Shown here one piece after another: positions 45,701 through 55,110 of a DNA stretch of 61,613 nucleotides. The notes below the pieces were generated by a model that saw nothing but the letters and a program-made list of their open reading frames with translations, was not told the DNA's origin and ran no database searches. The stretch covers positions 617,924 through 679,536 of the forward strand of contig MU054204.1 in the NCBI GenBank assembly GCA_013239625.1, read 5' to 3'. A program made the translations under genes and the position numbers. Position 1 is the first letter of the stretch, and every line of letters begins with the position of its first letter. This DNA comes from Lama guanicoe. Taxonomy: Eukaryota.

Positions 45701-48677
45701 ATATAGCTATGAGGATGTTGTCATTTTTTGACAATTCCAAGTGCTTCCCTCAGATGACTTCATAAATAAAATGATCCAAAGATATCCACCTATCACTAGG
45801 TAAATGTCTCCCTTAATGATCCCACAGGGGTTTTCTTTAAATGGCTCCACCATGGAACTAACTGTTCACTTCATCCTGTAGGAATCTCTGGTTCTCCTAC
45901 TCACTATACCTGTTTTCTGGCTCCATACACCAGTTCTATGCATGTGAACAAGCCATATAGGCATGTTTGGACTAGTGCAGCAATTAGGCTCCCATTTAAG
46001 AGAAAAAGCCATTAGCAAATTCAGGTCTTAAAGGATTTAATAACTTTCTCATATGCCTTTGCTGCTCTTGATCAATAGCCCTCTGGGGAAGGAAAACATG
46101 TGGTTATGCAGAAAAGGAAGCAAATTCTTATAGAATCCCCCATTCTATTATTACTCAGTTCAGCTATCCTGCACCAAGCTCCTGACCTAGGCAAATGGAC
46201 TGGATTTTGAGAGAAATAAGAGAAAACAGTCCATGCCCTGAAGTCTCAGCATGTGAGTCTGCCTGGCCTGGGCGTAATCTCTTTCCTGGACTTCAGTATT
46301 TCCATAAAGATGAAGAAGTGAGGCTCTAAAGGAATTAAGGCTCTAAAGTGAGGATCAACAGGAAGACAGGAAGATGTTGCTCATTCATCTGACACCAAAC
46401 TTGCTCACCTTAAGGCCACAGAAGATTCAGCTCCACTTTGTTGGGGAAAATCAGGAGAAGAGTCGGTTATTCATTGGGCTTTTCAAGGCTTGGGCCGAAA
46501 GGGAAGGTCCTGTGTCCTTCCTTTAGGTTTCTTCTGAAAGGCAATTCTGACGGTCAGTGTACATAACCTAGAGGAGGGAGGGTAAGTGGGATTCAGCAGG
46601 AAGAGGAGGAGGACAGGTTTACACTCTCCTAAAGGAGAGGATCATAGGTATAACTAATCTTCAAGAAAAGAAAACCCCAAGATTTCTCAGTATGTGTTTG
46701 GATGAACTTTCTGGCAACAAAGTTAATCTTAGAATTATGTTTTCCTGAGAGCAGTAGTAAAACAAGCAACACTTAGGAAGGATTAGGAAGCTGAGCTAGA
46801 ATTAGGGAGCCTACACGATCTGTATGGCAGAGAACCTGCATTCATCGTTAAGAGTCATGTGCAGAGAACTCTCTTTGCATTCCAGACAGGGAAGCAGGTG
46901 GCCTGGGAGGCAGATGCTTCCCTGTATTTGGCCAAGGGAGTGAGCTGGGGCTTACCAAACCATATTGCTGAAGGAAGGGCTGCTTTTTCCTAACTCATCG
47001 AAGTGGCCCTCAAAATCTCACCCTTCCAATCCCTAGCTACATGACCTCAGGTGAAATATTTTACCTCTCTGAGCCTCTGCTTCCTCATCGGGTATGATAA
47101 TAGCACCTTGCCAGGTTGTGAGCATTTATTAAAAGCATCTAGCAAAGCACCCAGCACAGGGTAGGATCTTGGTAAAGATCAGATGCCTTCTATGGCATAG
47201 AACTAGGGATCAGGGTTGTCTTTCACACCTGGATAGATAGTAGATCTGCTTGCTTCCTGCAGCCACCCTTGTTCCCCACCTTGCCAGGCCTCTAGGAATT
47301 GTTTCTGAATATTAGGCAGCTAACATTTTGACCTTCCTCTTGCTGTGATTTGCCAGGAAAAATCTTTAGACTCTGACAGTAGAAGCCTCAGACTGAAAGT
47401 TAAGTTCCCCAAATTGGGGAAGAAGAAGCCAGAAGAGGAAGAGAAGCCTAAATCCGGCCAAGGCATCCAGGGTTTTATTGGTAAGTTTCCCCCACAGGCA
47501 TAGAGGTCATGAAGACTTCCCCAGCAGCCTGGGTACCTCCCAAAGACCAGAAGCTCCCATTAGAAATGTTCATAGATATGATGGTGATGGAGGAGGAGTC
47601 AAGCTGGGAGCCAGCTTTAGGCAGTGCCAAGTAGTCTCTTGGATGGATGTGCATTAGAAAGTGATGTGGACACTGACACAGGGAGAACCTGAGAGGTGAC
47701 CTTGCCGGGTAGTCTCTGCAATATAAACAACTGAAGAGAAGAATGAGAACAGTCAGTTACCTTTCTGCTTGACCCATTCCTTTCCCCAGTTGGTAAAGTA
47801 TGGCAAAATAGTCATACCTAGATCTCTCTCCCAGTCAAATAGAACTACAAGCTCTTGGTCCTGCTCCAGAAAGCAGTTATTATTTGAGATGGGTTGGAGG
47901 TGTCAGTGATGGGCACCTACAGGGTCAGGAACAGGTCCCATGACCTATCTAAACACTTTTATTCCTTATCTGTTACAATAAGTCCCTGGAAATGCAAAAT
48001 ATATTTCCTTATTTGAATTTTGGCTCCATCCCTTCTTCAGAACTGGACTTAAATGTCAGTGGGGCTCCAAAGAAGGTTCCCTTTGACTTGTCAGTTATGC
48101 CAATTCTGAGATCAATGGTCTCTCCCAAATTCTGGGCCTAGACAACCTGGCAGCTTGAGAGATATAACAATGGTGGACATGGGGGAAAGGGATGGAGGGT
48201 GGCAGTTTGTTTTGTTTTTGAGGAACCAAGGGTTTGCACAGATGCCAAGAGAGAATCTCCTGGACCAAGGTGTGTTTTCTCAGGTTTGGTCCAACTGGTT
48301 TGAGTCCCTAAGAATCTGCCAGTCGGGAGACCATGGTGTTTGAGAGCCTTTCTGAAGACTCTGAAGGGGTCAATAGCAGTTTTCATGGATTACCAGGTTC
48401 TGAGAACTCATCCCATTTGTGTTTGACTCACATGGTATCAGCTGATTTTCAAAGATGGTTCAGAGATGGTTGGTACAATAGGAACAAACCAGTGTGTCTC
48501 CTTTAGGACTCTGTTTGCTCTCTTTAGGGTCCATACATTTGGGCATCTGGCAATGTATTAACCTCATTATTTCCATGCTTGCTTTTTATTCCTAAAGGAA
48601 ATTTGTGGCGTCGCAGACATCATGAAGATGAAGCAAAAGACGATGATCCTCCAACATCATCAGGATCTCAACTATAG
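9691..48677 (+). CDS. DGKK: Diacylglycerol kinase kappa, 5'-partial spliced CDS (21 exons in window, 831 aa + stop; upstream exons lie outside the window)
   Basis: Manual splicing of 21 GT-AG exons with consistent phases gives 2496 nt with no internal stop. It shows type II DGK architecture (split catalytic domain), lacks a SAM domain and ends in SQL, matching DGK kappa as I recall it. Confidence 0.97.
10763..10903. mobile_element. MER5A-like hAT-Charlie DNA transposon
   Basis: agaatcatccagaaggcttgttaaaacacagatt..gattcagtagatctggg..aatttacatttctaa. Confidence 0.75.
11100..11670 (-). mobile_element. CR1/L3 LINE ORF2 remnant, preceded by a MIR at ~10945-11085
   Basis: Minus-strand peptide [34 protein letters not shown] resembles the CR1 consensus EKDLGVLVDxKLNMSQQC..KKANAILGCI..EVIVPL. 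Confidence 0.75.
12640..13150 (+). mobile_element. L2 3' region
   Basis: ctcacttcctcacttcattcaagtctc..tcaatacatatttgttgaatgaatgaatga terminus. Confidence 0.8.
13206..13350 (+). mobile_element. tRNA-Ala-derived SINE (camelid vic-1 type)
   Basis: A box (tagctcag..), B box (ggttcaatcc), A-rich tail, and TSD AAAAATGTTG at 13197-13206 and 13351-13360. Confidence 0.88.
14505..14642 (+). mobile_element. Old L1M 3' end fragment
   Basis: cttgattgtggtgatggt..aaactcattaaactgtacac..gtaaagctg. Confidence 0.7.
14738..14921 (+). CDS. DGKK: DGKK exon (window exon 2), start of catalytic domain
   Basis: attag|GC..GG|gtaagc; [34 protein letters not shown]...GGPEAG. Confidence 0.96.
15646..15754 (+). CDS. DGKK: DGKK exon (window exon 3), ATP-binding GGDG motif
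   Basis: tccag|G..AAG|gtgagt; [36 protein letters not shown]. Confidence 0.97.
16516..16655 (+). CDS. DGKK: DGKK exon (window exon 4)
   Basis: tgcag|TGT..AG|gtgagt; [21 protein letters not shown]...VRILD. Confidence 0.97.
17175..17330. mobile_element. MER5-family DNA transposon remnant
   Basis: cctggggagcttttt..attcagtag..gggccctgg..ttgagaagcacag. Confidence 0.55.
17569..17650 (+). CDS. DGKK: DGKK exon (window exon 5)
   Basis: tttag|A..GAG|gtaact; [27 protein letters not shown]. Confidence 0.95.
17877..18439 (+). mobile_element. 5'-truncated L1 3' end with extra 3' sequence, inserted in L2
   Basis: Perfect 14-bp TSD AAAATATTTATGGA at 17863-17876 and 18440-18453. Confidence 0.88.
18454..18945 (-). 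mobile_element. L2 (continues at ~26230-26600 after the L1 insertion)
   Basis: tcagggaagacttcccagaagaagtgacattt..gggccagg..gaagtttaaactt resumes as ttatcctaagagcaatg. Confidence 0.75.
18959..26216 (-). mobile_element. Composite LINE-1 (two 3' ends, ORF2, tandem 5' monomers, ORF1 missing)
   Basis: L1 3' ends at ~18960 and ~23230; ORF2 peptides [14 protein letters not shown] and [25 protein letters not shown] at 18946-18958 and 26217-26229. Confidence 0.88.
26605..26850 (+). mobile_element. MIR with an internal 19-bp tandem duplication (26777-26814)
   Basis: gagccagact..gaatcctggttctgcca..cttcagttt..tgtgaaatggggataat. Confidence 0.75.
27226..27317 (+). CDS. DGKK: DGKK exon (window exon 6)
   Basis: cctag|GCT..AG|gtcagt; [30 protein letters not shown]. 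Confidence 0.95.
28183..28282 (+). CDS. DGKK: DGKK exon (window exon 7)
   Basis: tccag|A..AAA|gtaagt; [33 protein letters not shown]. Confidence 0.95.
28615..28800 (-). mobile_element. MIR
   Basis: agcacttactctgtgccagg..tttaatcttcacaac..tgcctcagttcac..ggagctgggaatcaa. Confidence 0.7.
29242..29458 (+). CDS. DGKK: DGKK exon (window exon 8)
   Basis: tacag|AGC..G|gtaagg; [18 protein letters not shown]...[10 protein letters not shown]. Confidence 0.95.
30585..30707 (+). mobile_element. tRNA-Ala-derived SINE (vic-1 type)
   Basis: ggggagggtatagctcagtggtagag..ggttcgatccccagtacctc; TSD AGAA(C/G)AAAAGTCA at 30571-30583 and 30708-30720. Confidence 0.88.
31036..31140. repeat. (CCTT)n-like polypyrimidine repeat directly upstream of an exon acceptor
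   Basis: Visible low-complexity C/T tract. Confidence 0.85.
31154..31258 (+). CDS. DGKK: DGKK exon (window exon 9)
   Basis: tatag|TT..C|gtaagg; [34 protein letters not shown]. Confidence 0.94.
31713..31809 (+). CDS. DGKK: DGKK exon (window exon 10)
   Basis: tccag|GT..AT|gtaagt; [31 protein letters not shown]. Confidence 0.94.
32569..32759. mobile_element. MER63-like hAT DNA transposon (MITE)
   Basis: Imperfect terminal inverted repeats caatggtgtgctg / cagtacactactg; internal aaatgttaaacaaccagctctc. Confidence 0.7.
33359..33466 (+). CDS. DGKK: DGKK exon (window exon 11), start of accessory catalytic subdomain
   Basis: ttcag|A..AA|gtaagg; [35 protein letters not shown]. Confidence 0.97.
34130..34830 (-). 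mobile_element. Old L1 ORF2 C-terminal fragment, interrupted by a SINE
   Basis: atctaagaaatctttgcctaac..ctgttccattggtcta..ttgataactgtagctttatagtaag. Confidence 0.8.
34645..34732 (-). mobile_element. Short tRNA-Ala-derived SINE (vic-1 type)
   Basis: polyT then gaggtactggggattgaacccagg..cactctaccactgagctgtaccc. Confidence 0.85.
35669..35765 (+). CDS. DGKK: DGKK exon (window exon 12)
   Basis: tatag|TAG..GAG|gttagt; [32 protein letters not shown]. Confidence 0.95.
36042..36149 (+). CDS. DGKK: DGKK exon (window exon 13)
   Basis: ttcag|TGT..ACA|gtgagt; [36 protein letters not shown]. Confidence 0.96.
36628..36885 (+). repeat. Intronic direct repeat, copy 1 (~250 bp)
   Basis: Aligns end to end with 39081-39328. 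Confidence 0.92.
37022..37135 (+). CDS. DGKK: DGKK exon (window exon 14)
   Basis: ctcag|GAA..CAG|gtaggc; [38 protein letters not shown]. Confidence 0.96.
37171..37778 (+). mobile_element. 5'-truncated L1 3' end plus ~255 bp of extra sequence and a second A-tail
   Basis: aaacagactcacag..tgtacaccagaaattgacac..aataaaaa; TSD AAAGGGTTT at 37162-37170 and 37779-37787. Confidence 0.85.
38080..38214 (+). CDS. DGKK: DGKK exon (window exon 15), QVDGE motif
   Basis: ggcag|TGC..CGG|gtaaga; [28 protein letters not shown]...LTRDR. Confidence 0.97.
38297..38482. mobile_element. MER5A-like DNA transposon
   Basis: gcttgttacaatgcacattcctaggcccc..actgaatcagaa..tttgcaaaccactg. Confidence 0.72.
38810..39020 (-). 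mobile_element. MIR
   Basis: atcctatgaggtag..cccattttacaggtgaggaaaac..agagaggttaa..aaggtcacac. Confidence 0.8.
39081..39328 (+). repeat. Intronic direct repeat, copy 2
   Basis: Shares gatcttcatat..ggaaggcagacatct..aaaactgaaagtgcttag..gatggggccctctttcc with copy 1. Confidence 0.92.
39432..39592 (+). CDS. DGKK: DGKK exon (window exon 16)
   Basis: tccag|GAT..AG|gtaagt; [17 protein letters not shown]...LAESLIS. Confidence 0.95.
40188..40329 (+). CDS. DGKK: DGKK exon (window exon 17)
   Basis: tacag|A..GAG|gtaagt; [27 protein letters not shown]...SPIE. Confidence 0.95.
41322..41408 (+). CDS. DGKK: DGKK exon (window exon 18)
   Basis: ctcag|ACT..TTG|gtgagt; [29 protein letters not shown]. Confidence 0.95.
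41852..42326 (-). mobile_element. MLT1 (ERVL-MaLR) solo LTR inserted in a MIR
   Basis: ttagaacaacagaaat..gaaatcaagatgtcag..ataaggtcacatt..gggacacaa..ataaca; MIR halves on both sides. Confidence 0.85.
44455..44655 (+). mobile_element. MIR
   Basis: tgtgatcttgagc..tttctcacctataaagtg..ggtagctgttatta. Confidence 0.65.
45023..45133 (+). CDS. DGKK: DGKK exon (window exon 19)
   Basis: accag|CTA..GAG|gtatgt; [37 protein letters not shown]. Confidence 0.95.
47357..47480 (+). CDS. DGKK: DGKK exon (window exon 20)
   Basis: gccag|GAA..G|gtaagt; [41 protein letters not shown]. Confidence 0.95.
48598..48677 (+). CDS. DGKK: DGKK terminal coding exon (window exon 21)
   Basis: taaag|[30 protein letters not shown]; class I PDZ-type C-terminus. 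Confidence 0.94.
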
Positions 48678-49061
48678 TCCTTGAAAGCTAGAAGGAGAAC
48701 TCACATTTAGGATTCTACTGAAAACTCTTGAAACCTCAATACAGGCTAGACTAAATTATTTCAGAACAAACATGAGCACCACCAAGAAAGATCCTCCAAT
48801 TCTTTACTCTAATACATTTTTTCCTGGACTCAATCAGGTCTCCTTAGAGGTTTACATTTTCTCATTGGCCAAAGATTCTTGTTCCGAGTTGTCTTGTTCA
48901 GTTCTCCTTCTCTTCGTGCATCTTGAGCAACTACAGTATTTAACTGAGATAAGCTTTTTTTGTGAATGGCCTGGGATCTACAAAGGATTCGAGGAAGTTC
49001 ACCTCTTCAGGGAGTTTGGGAATGTTTTTCTCTGACTAGCAGAGACACTGTTGATGCTAGG

Positions 49062-49091
49062 GAATGAATGAATGAATGAATGAATGAATGA
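49062..49091. repeat. (GAAT)n microsatellite in the 3' UTR
   Basis: Visible tandem repeat. Confidence 0.9.
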
Positions 49092-49546
49092 AAGAAAAAC
49101 TCTCAGGGAGATGAGGAGAGGGGTCAGGACAGCCAGACTTGGTGGTGTTTCTCCCCCAATCCCTGCCAAATGCAACTTGTGACTTCAGGAGGTCTCTTCT
49201 AGTTGGCTTCTTAAGATGAAAACTAGGTCCTGGGGGCTTGTCCACTTGCCTGTTACAATGGCCATGTGAAATATTTTCTTGCGGTGACTGCTCTCTCTGC
49301 AAACCCTTTCTGTTTTTCCATGTGCGCACATATGTCTTTGCACATGTCCAGGTGGTGCTCTGGTGGCTGGGTGGGCCCATTGGTTGGAACTCACCCCTAT
49401 GGCAACCATACAGGCTCCCCTCCTACTGCCTTGATCCTAGCCTGCATGCCTCCATGGAGTGTTTGCCTGCATTCTCGCTGGATTTTTTAACTAAATGTTT
49501 TACCTCTGTGCTGCAGTATAGATTATGTATAGAGAAAAATAAAGGT

Positions 49547-49548
<2 letters not shown>

Positions 49549-49584
<36 letters not shown>
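49549..49584. repeat. (AT)n microsatellite in the 3' UTR
   Basis: Visible tandem repeat. Confidence 0.95.
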
Positions 49585-49590
<6 letters not shown>

Positions 49591-52213
49591 TTTTAAGAAC
49601 TGAAAATACAACTCGACCTCTAAGTGACCCTATAATTTATTGTGCTAACCCAGGAATCCCTCCCCACCCTGATCCTATCCCCTACACACACATATGCCTC
49701 TACCAACTGCCCTAGTTCTTGGTGGAGCTTCTAATCTTCTGGTGCATTTTCAGCGTCTTAGAAGTGGCTGGGATCTACCTATGGCCCAGCTGATTCTGAC
49801 GCCCCCTTAAAATTCTGAGCCAGGCCACAGAAAGGACAACAAAAACACCAATGCCCTAGAGAAGGGGGCTAAGCTGGCATGCTGCCTTTTTTGCTCTATC
49901 TGTCCTGGACTCTACATCAGCAACTGCCCCAACCTTTGGCGTCCCCTTCCCTAAAAAAGACTATATGGAGCAACCAGGCCTTGAGCTCAGTGACTCAGAT
50001 GCCTGAGCTAGTCACAGCCTAGGCCCTTCCCCACAAGCTCCATCTTGGCCTGCATCTTCTGGGCAGGCTGATGGTTAAGTCCCCAAATCACCTTTGAATC
50101 TCCCTTCTTGCTCCTTTCCCTTGAGTACAGAGGGACATTCAGAGTGACCAGAAAGAACATGGGCCTGGGAAAATGGAGGCGAAAAGCTTCTGCTTCTCCC
50201 ATGGTTCTTCTTCCAAATTTCTCATGAAAACCAACCAGGCCAAAATTGCTCCAAATCCTAATTAGCATTTTTCATTGAATGCCTGCACCCAATCAGGCAA
50301 ATCTAATCAAACTCCAGTACTTCTCCAGTGGTTCTCTCTAGCCCATATTGTATCCCCAACCCACCCTCCACTTATGCCTTTGGGTAAGTGTCCCTTCCCA
50401 CTGATCAAGAGAAAGCCAGAAAACTGGCCCCTCCCCACTTCTCAGACAAACTTAGCGTGCTCAATTACCTGACTCAGTCCATTGGCTGGTTCATCGAGGT
50501 GCACAATCCAGACTCTAAGCACTGGTTCTCAACTCTGGAACTCCACCAGCCTAGCCCACTTAAACCAGCCACCTGTGTTCCACCTCTGCAGGGGTGAGGA
50601 GAAAAATACTAACAAGGGGATAGTCCCCAGACATCTGATGGCTGTGCCAAACAAACAAGTCCTAGCTCTACAACTAGAGAAGAAAGTTAATGGAAAAAAC
50701 ATTGAGAAGAAAACATTTAAAACTTATTTAAGCTTCAGAACATGTTAACTTATTGTATGTATTTAAGTGGGGAATGTGCTGTTGCTGTGTCTTTGGCTTT
50801 ATCTGCATCACTCTTTCTCCCCAGGAGGAGGTATTAGATCAAATCAGTAAGGTCACTGATGCAGCCCAACTTGGCTCCTCCATGGCTGCACACGTTAACA
50901 GCTGCACACATACTCACAGAGTTGGGAACTAAGTTGCATTTTTCTCAGAAGAGCCTTTTTTTTCAAAATGAAAAATGTGCAAATGAGCAAATTTCAGGAA
51001 ACAAAAGGAAGTCCTGGGAGAGGGTAGCTTTATCTTGGCAGTGCCTAAGCAGGGCTGTGTCTTGTAATTATTTTTATCACCGATGACAGTGAACTGTACT
51101 AGGATTCCACCTCTTGTGCTTACTTTGCTGACTTACTCTACGTCTTTGTACACTGTAATGCTACTGTTGCTCTGTTGTACCATCTGGATTCCCTTTCACC
51201 CACCCTGTCCTCCCACCCTAGGTCAGAATGATATTGAATTAAATCACTAGGACTGGGGGCTGGAGTCCACTCACAGAGCAGAACTGATTGATAGGCGATG
51301 AGACCCAAGAGCAGGTGTGGCTTGCTAAATTGCAATGGTTACCTCCTCAACTGTTCAGTTACCAATTGCTTCCCCAAAAGGAAGACAGCTTGCTGAACAC
51401 CTGTTCTTGCACATACTATAGCTTGGAAACAAGGCAAGAAGTGGGGATTTCTTTCTCAGGGAGTTGGCTTAGCTTCTCAATGCAGAAGCTCCTTTCAGGA
51501 CTTCATTAAATACTTGCAGGAGTACAATTGTTCAGATCGTGGGACCAGACACCAAATATCCACCTCAATTAGGGTCAGAGATGTCATCAAGAGCCAAAGT
51601 TCTGGGGTTTGGTTGCATCTTTGGAGCATTTTCTGAAGGATTGACTGAGTGGGTAATTCCTAGCCAGAAGAACAGTGGGGAAGGAGAATGCCAGTAGATT
51701 TGGACTGCCATCAACTGCTTTTGGTGTCAGTACTACAGGTCAGCAGCTATTAGTCCCCACACCAAAAAGGACCTGTGTTATGTCCAAAGGGGCAAGGGAG
51801 ACATTTTCAACTTAATAAATTAGGTTAAAGGTTGATCAGAAGAAACAGTTGGGGTCAGCATCATCTTCCCTCAGGACACAAGTAGAAGAATTTTAGTTTC
51901 ATAAGAAGTAGAAACTAATACCAAAGCAACCAAATCCATTAACACCATTCCATCCTGTAAAGGACCTTGATTGGCTTTATGGTTTGTGGAACTGCATTTG
52001 TCTATTTGTCTGCTAATCTTTAATATATATTGTTTCCTGTTCTGTGATTTTTTTGTTTCCTCAGAGGCCCCTGCAAATCAGCAGCAGGGCCAGGGGCTGG
52101 TTGGGGGAGGAAATTGGGGTAGTTATGGGGTAACAGGGAAAAGCAGAAAGAAAAGGTCCACAAAGTGTGCCTATTCCTCCTCCCCACAAAATGGAACACC
52201 AGTCCTCAAAGTT

Positions 52214-52247
52214 AATAAAGTTTTGCTTCTTAAAGTATTTTAATAAA
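52214..52247 (+). terminator. Polyadenylation signals AATAAA (52214-52219 and 52242-52247)
   Basis: Two canonical hexamers followed by CA and a GT-rich tract near 52262-52276. Confidence 0.6.
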
Positions 52248-53380
52248 TGGATAAACGTAAACACTAGTGTCTTGTCATTTACCTCAGCATGGGAGAAGTT
52301 GAATTGTGATGGAAATGGGGAGTGGGCTTGGGTGGTCATGCAAGCTCTAAACAAGAGATATGCAAGTAGGGATGGCAGGTGGGGGAGGCCAGCAGCAGCA
52401 CAAGCCAAGACTCGCCATCAGGGTGATCTTCACACTGAGAGGTCTGCCACAAAAAGTTCTAAAACCTAAAGCAACTAAGGCCAATCCTGTGGGTAAACAG
52501 CTGCCACTGCATTTGTTCTAGAAGCCAGTTTTCTGCAGGATCCAGATTTCAATGAAATGAATTAGTTATGGGGAATGGTGAAGTGAGGTAGAGGAGTACA
52601 GTCCCAATTGCTAAGAAGATGCATAAATGCAAAAAGCACCTGGAAAAACTTTTGACAACACAATCTGCTCCCCTAAACCATACATCACATACTCCTCTCC
52701 TCTCCAGAAGGGTTAAAGTGGGAAGCATGTTCTATTCAGATGCAGAATTGGCTAGGCCTGGGATCTTCATTGTGGTGGTGGTTTCATAGGCGTATACTAC
52801 TAACAGTGACTGTGGCAGGGAGCCAGTTATTAGTCAACATTTAACAAGGAGGCAACTGAGGCTGTACTAGATCAGGATTCCACAAAATCCTACACCAGAA
52901 TGAGAACACGGATATTCCAAATCCTAGACTTTCCAATACTAAAAATTGTCTTTTACTTAGAGACAAAACAGTTGTGACCTTCAGGGCCACAGTTCAGTCT
53001 ACTCCCATAAAAACTACATTCTTATGCTTTATGAGGGAAAGAGCCCTTTCGCAGAGGAGCTGCCACCAAGGTGGGACCCAGAATTCATGTTAAGAAGTTT
53101 AGACTACTTCCTATAAGCTAGTAAAGTACCTCAGAATTGAATATGTCTGTTTTTTAAATCATCATAAAATAAAATTGCCCTTTTCTTCTTTTGGTGTATA
53201 ATTCAGTGAATTTTAACACATGTCGATATTCATGTAACCACCACCATCAGGACACAGAAGTTTCCACCGCCCCCATAAATCTCCTTTGTATCATTCCTTT
53301 ATAGCCACACCTTAACCCTACCTCTAACCACTGGTCTGTTTTCAATCCCTACAGTTTAGTCCATTCCAGAATGTCATAGA

Positions 53381-53602
53381 GGAGATTCTTTTAAAAAACT
53401 GAAAATAGACTTACCATGTGATCCCAGCAATCCCCACTCCTGGGCATATATCCAGAAGAAACTCTAATTCAAAAAGATACATGCACCACAATATTCATAG
53501 CAGCACTATTTACAATAGCCAGGACATGGAAGCAACCTTAATGTCCATCGACAGATGACTGGATAAAGAAAATGTGAGATAGATAGATAGATAATATATA
53601 CT

Positions 53603-53636
<34 letters not shown>

Positions 53637-54100
53637 ATATATATATATAATGTAATACTACTCAGCCATAAAAAAGAATGAAATAATGCCATTTGCAGCA
53701 ACATGGAGAGACTTGGAGATTGTCATACTAAGTGAAGTAAGCCAGAAAGAAAAAGAAAAATACCATATGATATCAATTATATGTGGAATCTTTTAAAAAG
53801 TGACACAAATATATTTATTAACAAAATATAAACAGACTCACAGACATAGAAAATAAACTTATGGTTACCAAGGGGGAAAGAAGTTAGGGAGGGGTAAACT
53901 GGGAGTTTGGGATTTACAGATACTAACTACTATATATAAAATAGATAAACAATAAGATCATACTGTACAGCACATAGAACTATGTTTAATATCTTATAAT
54001 AACCTATAATAGAATATATATACATAACTGAATCACTATGCTGTACACCAGAAACTAACACATTGAAAATCAACTATACTTCAATTAAATTTTTTAAGTA
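53381..54100 (+). mobile_element. Younger L1 3' end nested in the old L1
   Basis: cccactcctgggcatatatccaga..tgtacaccagaaactaacac..atacttcaatt; includes a (TA)n tract. Confidence 0.85.
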
Positions 54101-54891
54101 AAAATGCCTTAGAAATATGTAGCCTTTTGTGACAAGCTTCTTTAACTCAGCATAATGTCTTTCAGCTTCTTTTAAGTTGTTATGTGAATCAGTAGTTTGT
54201 TCCTTTATATTGCTGAATAGTATTTCATTGTATTGATCTACCAGTTTGTTTATCCATTTAGCCACTGAAGGACATTTAGGTTGTTTCCAGTTTTGGGCAA
54301 TTATGAATAAAGCTGTTATAAACATTCATATACAGGTTATTGTGTACCTAGGAGTGTGATTGCTGGATTATATGGTAAATCCATGTTTAATTTGATAAGA
54401 AACTTCCAAACTATTTTCTAGAGTAGCTGTACCATTTTGCATCCAAACTATTTATGTTTGAAAGTTCCACTTGCTCCACATCTTCACCAGCTCTTGGAAC
54501 TCAGTAATTTTTATTTTAGCCATTCTAATAGGTGTTTAGTGGCATCTCATCATAGTATTTCTCTAATAGTTAATAATGTTGAATATCTTTTTATGTGCTT
54601 ATTTGTCACACTTAAATCCTCTTTGGTGAAGTGGCTGCTCAGATTCTTCTTCTTTTTTGTACCTGTGTTTTCCATTTACTCATTGTTGAGTTTTCAGAAT
54701 TCTTTATATACCCTGGATCCAAGTTCTTTGTCAGATATGTGATTTATAAATATCTTCTGCCAGTCCATAGTCTGTCTTTTCATCCTCTCAACAAGAAAAT
54801 AGTTTTATATTTTAATAAAAAGAACAATTCATGGTTTTTTTCCTATGGATTGTGCTTTTCTGTGTTATATCTAAAAAGTCTTTCTCTAGTT

Positions 54892-55110
54892 CAGTGTTTC
54901 TTTACCAGGAGTGATTTTGTCCCTAGGGACATTGGACAATGCCTGGATACATTTTCGGTTCTCACCACTTGGGGGACAAGGGACTACTGGTTTCTCATGG
55001 GTAAAGGCTGGGGATGCTGTAATTAACTATCCTACAATGCACAGCAAAGTTCCTACAACAAAGAATTATCAGGCCCCAAATGTCAATGGTACTGCTGCTC
55101 AGAAACCCTG
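54892..55110 (+). mobile_element. MER20 DNA transposon
   Basis: cagtgtttct..gtgattttgtccct..aagaattatcaggccccaaatgtcaatg..agaaaccctg. Confidence 0.88.

Larger units (their letters stand above)
48678..52265 (+). other. DGKK: Probable DGKK 3' UTR (~3.6 kb)
   Basis: Transposon-poor stretch after the stop, ending at paired AATAAA signals with a GT-rich element (gtgtcttgtc) downstream; end point inferred. Confidence 0.65.
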
